From Macrostomum lignano (lineage: Eukaryota): a DNA stretch of 64,000 bases. The translations under genes were made by a program, and so were the position numbers. The DNA is taken from NCBI GenBank assembly GCA_002269645.1, contig NIVC01003436.1, positions 1 through 64,000 of the forward strand, read 5' to 3'. Below the pieces are notes generated by a model that ran no database searches, had not been told where the DNA came from, and worked only from the letters and a program-made list of their open reading frames with translations. Of this stretch, positions 60,420 to 64,000 are shown piece after piece (position 1 is the stretch's first letter; each line of letters opens with the position of its first letter).

Positions 60420-62600
60420 TTAGACCTAAGGTAGATCCCAAAACCCCATCCGATCAGATAGGCATTCCCATGTTAAAATTCTTGCTCAAAATTTGAAGAA
60501 AACATTTGTTTACTAAGAAAACCTGCATACTTGCATCAATGCATCACAAAATAAAATGGAATTGCATACAATTCAAGTGTACATTCTTTTGCTAAGGTGA
60601 TAATAATGAATGTTAATATGGTCTATATTCTCAAAAATCTTGATAATATTATCTAGCCAGATCATTGTAGGCATATGCAGGAATGAAAATTTTAGTTTTT
60701 TTGTAGGCCTAAGCCTTAGGCCTATTTAAATGGCAGTGTTTTTCGAAATTTTAAGGAGTCTAAACTCTAATTCAGTTTTTGCATATAAGCTGCTTATTAT
60801 TAATAAACCAGTTATTAACTTAATATCAATGACTATATATGGCAATACCATTGCCAATAATAGGTCTAGGCCTAGAAAAAATTAAAAAATGCCCTTTGTT
60901 AAAAAAGACCTAGAAATTGCAAGCAAGAGGGACAGAACAATTTTTCCAAAATATAAGATAATCACTTAGGATCTATCATATTAAAAAAACAAAATGAACA
61001 AATACTTGGCATTTTAATAGTTAGTAATCTTTTATCTTTGAAATGTCCTTCTCTATTGCCTTAAGATAGTCTGCTTTTAGTGTAGTCTTTGGCTCAATGA
61101 CTTCCAAATACAGCTCGATTCCGGTATATTTAATTATTTTCTTAAAAGGTTTCTAAAGTGAGTTTGTGGTTTGTTAGCTTGTTAACTATGTGGGGTTTGT
61201 TGCTTGGGGCCTAACTCTATTCAATTAAACTTTAAATTCAGTCAACTTAGTTATTTAACTTTATTCAGTTTGCATCTTGCCTTTGTAATCAACATGTTCT
61301 ATATACTCTGTAAACCAATGCACATTCTATGCAATTCAATGTTCATTATTGCACTAGCTTTGCCTGGCTCTTAAAGTCATTCCAGTTACTCAGCCATGCA
61401 ATCCATCAGTGCAATTAAATAGGCCTATTCACAATATTAAACCTATTGCTCTTGATCTGTGTCTCATAAAATAACTTGTACTATTCTATTGCAAATATTT
61501 CGCAAGAATTTATACTTGTTTAAGCAACATTTGGTTCCTAACTTTCATGTCACATCAGTTTCAATTTGAATAGATATATAGTGTGGCAATATATATGTTT
61601 TTTATCTTCTTTATATTGGACAAACTGTATTTTAACCACTATGCAGCCTACTCTATATTGTGCTACAACTGTGTCACCTGTTATATATGCTAATATATCA
61701 AACTACAAATGCTTCTATGCACTAGAATTTCTAGGCAAAATGATATTACTCTGAGTTCTTTTGCCTAGAAAAGAACTTACAAGGATGAGTACTACTAGTA
61801 AGCTTATGCTATCCCTTTGGCTGCACCAAATTGCAAAAGGCTTTTATTATCTACATAGCATTGAGAAGCCACCAATTTTTTATAGCAGTTTTTAGTTTGA
61901 GAAACATTTGAATAATGGCTAGTTTACAGGCCAAGATAAGGAAACATGCAAAGTTCTACAGTTTAGTGAATTTCTGCTAAGTGAAATATAGTAAACCAAT
62001 TATTAGCTAAATTAATAAATTTTATAAGACACTGAGATAGGTAGCTTAGGCAAGTTGGTGATAGTTAAACTTGTAATTTATTAAATAAAACTAGACAAAC
62101 AGTGCAGCTTAAACTACTTATTAGCTGACAAGGCAACTTGGTCATGGTTATTCCCACTGTCTACTTGCTTGCCCCCTAGATTGGAAATGATTGGCATGCA
62201 AAGTGTCTTTGCTCAGAGTCTGGCCCCAGGGTGGTATGTTCTTTAATCAGTTTCTTGGAATGCTGTGGAGCCATTAGTAAAGACCTTTTTTCTTTGTAAA
62301 TTCATTTTCTTGCTATTTGTACTTGGTGTACTTGGTGCACAAAGACTATGATGCTTGTCTGTGTCCACAGACTGTTATAATTTATTTGAATAGGGACTTT
62401 TTTTCTTCACAGTCATAGCTTATGGGTGAAATCGCTAAGATAGCAGGGCTGAGAGGCCAGAAGCTACATGTCGCTTATTTAAGAAAGTTGTTCCATTCTT
62501 TGTTGGCTCCTGAATGGGAGGGGACGCTGATTGCTAGTCTAAACTAAGGGCTTTTTGTCAAAATTTTTGGTATATAGAATTTTGGATTTGGCAAATGTCT
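60420..62600. other. Second AT-rich CpG-depleted domain
   Basis: Manual count of about 10 CG in 2.2 kb. It abuts the CpG-rich exon at 62700. Confidence 0.75.
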
Positions 62601-62699
62601 TACTAATCAAAAGAAGTCGAATATTAACAATCTCGATCCAGTAGGATTTTTAAGGCTCAGCTGCCTGTTCATGGCTCAGCATTGGCTCTTTCTCTTCAG

Positions 62700-63552
62700 G
62701 ATCGCCACGGGCGCGGCCCTCCCCCACCGCCGCCTCCCTCTGCTCTTCATCCTCCGTTTGTTCGCCCATCGGATTTGCTGCAGCTCGGCCTCCGCGATTT
62801 CATCAGAATTTTGTCAGCAACAACCCGCGCTTCCAGCCTCGTCAGCAGCATCCCAGACTTCATCACCGGCCACCTTGGCCAGTTGGCAGGCTGCCCGATG
62901 CAGATGAGGATGCTGCCAAAGCTATTGGGGTTTATCAAAACGGCCGGACTGCCCCGACGCCGCAGCCGCCATTTTCAGCATCCTTGACGCAACCTGGCGT
63001 TGGCAGAGCCGACGGTATTGGCGCATTTCAGTTCCGCATGCCGCCGCCTCCTGACCAGACGCCCGCGCTGCGGCAACGGCGGAGCTCCTCAGATCTCGCC
63101 GATTCCGTGCCGCCATCGAAGGTCGCCCGACAGCGCAATGACGATGATGTCGAAGATGGTTCGACTCCAGGCGTGAGTTTCGATGATCTTGTTGGCCAAG
63201 ACGAGCTCCATGATGAAGAAGAGCCTGGGGGGCAGGGGAAGGACGAAGAGCCGCACCCGGATGCGTGGGCGGGCCAGGCGGAGACTCTGCTGTCAAGCCG
63301 ATATTGCCGCGCCCTCCAGCTCGCGTCGGTCGAGCCCGGCGCGGCTCGGATTCGCGGCGCCGCCGCGGTGACTGCCGAGCCGGACGCGGGGCTGCTGGGC
63401 CAGCTGGCCGGCTTCATCACTCAGCAGGAGCCGCCAGTTGTGCACTTTTACTCCTGCGACTACTGCTCCTTCTGCACCGAGTATGATGGTCAGGCCGCGG
63501 TCAAGCTGACTCATGAGCACCTGTCTGCTGCCGGCCATGACAGCGCCAGCAG
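62700..63552 (+). CDS. Internal exon of a C2H2-type zinc-finger gene (absent from the ORF track)
   Basis: Acceptor ctttctcttcAG at 62699. The frame is open for ~283 codons (Pro/Arg-rich, then acidic DDVED..DEEE), ending in YSCDYCSFCT...HEHLSAAGH, with candidate donor AG|GTGCGA. There is no stop before the window end, which probably explains its absence from the track. Confidence 0.7.
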
Positions 63553-63554
63553 GT

Positions 63555-63896
63555 GCGAATTCTTAATTGGGTGCAGCTTGGATTGGGCCTGCTGTGTTTA
63601 TCAGTGCGAATGCGGATTCTTAATTGGGTGCAGCTTGGATTGGGCCTGCTGTGTTTATCAGTGCGAATGCGGATTCTTAATTGGGTGCAGCTTGGATTGG
63701 GCCTGCTGTATTTATCGGTGTGAATGCGGATTCTTAATTGGGTGCAGCTTGGATTGGGCCTGCTGTGTTTATCAGTGCGAATGCGGATTCTTAATTGGGT
63801 GCAGCTTGGATTGGGCCTGCTGTGTTTATCAGTGTGAATGCGGATTCTTAATTGGGTGCAGCTTGGATTGGGCCTGCTGTGTTTATCAGTGCGAAT
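63555..63896. repeat. 57-bp tandem repeat, ~6 copies
   Basis: gattcttaattgggtgcagcttggattgggcctgctgtgtttatcagtgcgaatgcg. Confidence 0.95.
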
Positions 63897-64000
63897 TATA
63901 TGTCACACAGTCACTCTTCTCGCACACTTTTTTTTCTATCACTCCATTGTCACATCCGTCACAATTTTCAATCAGTTTTCACAAATTCAAACTTTTAACT

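Overview
Eukaryotic (animal) genomic DNA, not prokaryotic. It has GC/CpG-rich exons, GT-AG introns and about 28 different mini/microsatellite arrays covering roughly a quarter of the window. The style is reminiscent of the flatworm Macrostomum, but that is an inference. Supported genes: a six-exon (probably seven) IQANK1 orthologue (-), a two-exon zinc-finger gene (-), a small single-pass membrane protein (-), an intronless peptide-type rhodopsin GPCR (+), a two-exon polyQ CRAL-TRIO protein (+), an 853-bp zinc-finger exon missing from the ORF track (+), and fragments of an unknown gene at the left edge. Mobile DNA: a BEL/Pao LTR relic, two RTE-type LINE fragments, two copies of a foldback MITE with 8-bp TSDs, and a 3.7-kb Mutator-like element with ~213-bp TIRs and a 9-bp TSD. 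Most long ORFs in the track are tandem-repeat artefacts. The most unusual signals are (i) sharply bounded, nearly CpG-free domains containing decayed ORFs, with hints of CG->TA/AG-type hypermutation, (ii) a minisatellite family spread across IQANK1 introns that is antisense to splice donors, and (iii) a minisatellite apparently born from retroelement coding sequence. No CRISPR, rRNA or tRNA genes were seen. All counts are manual and approximate.
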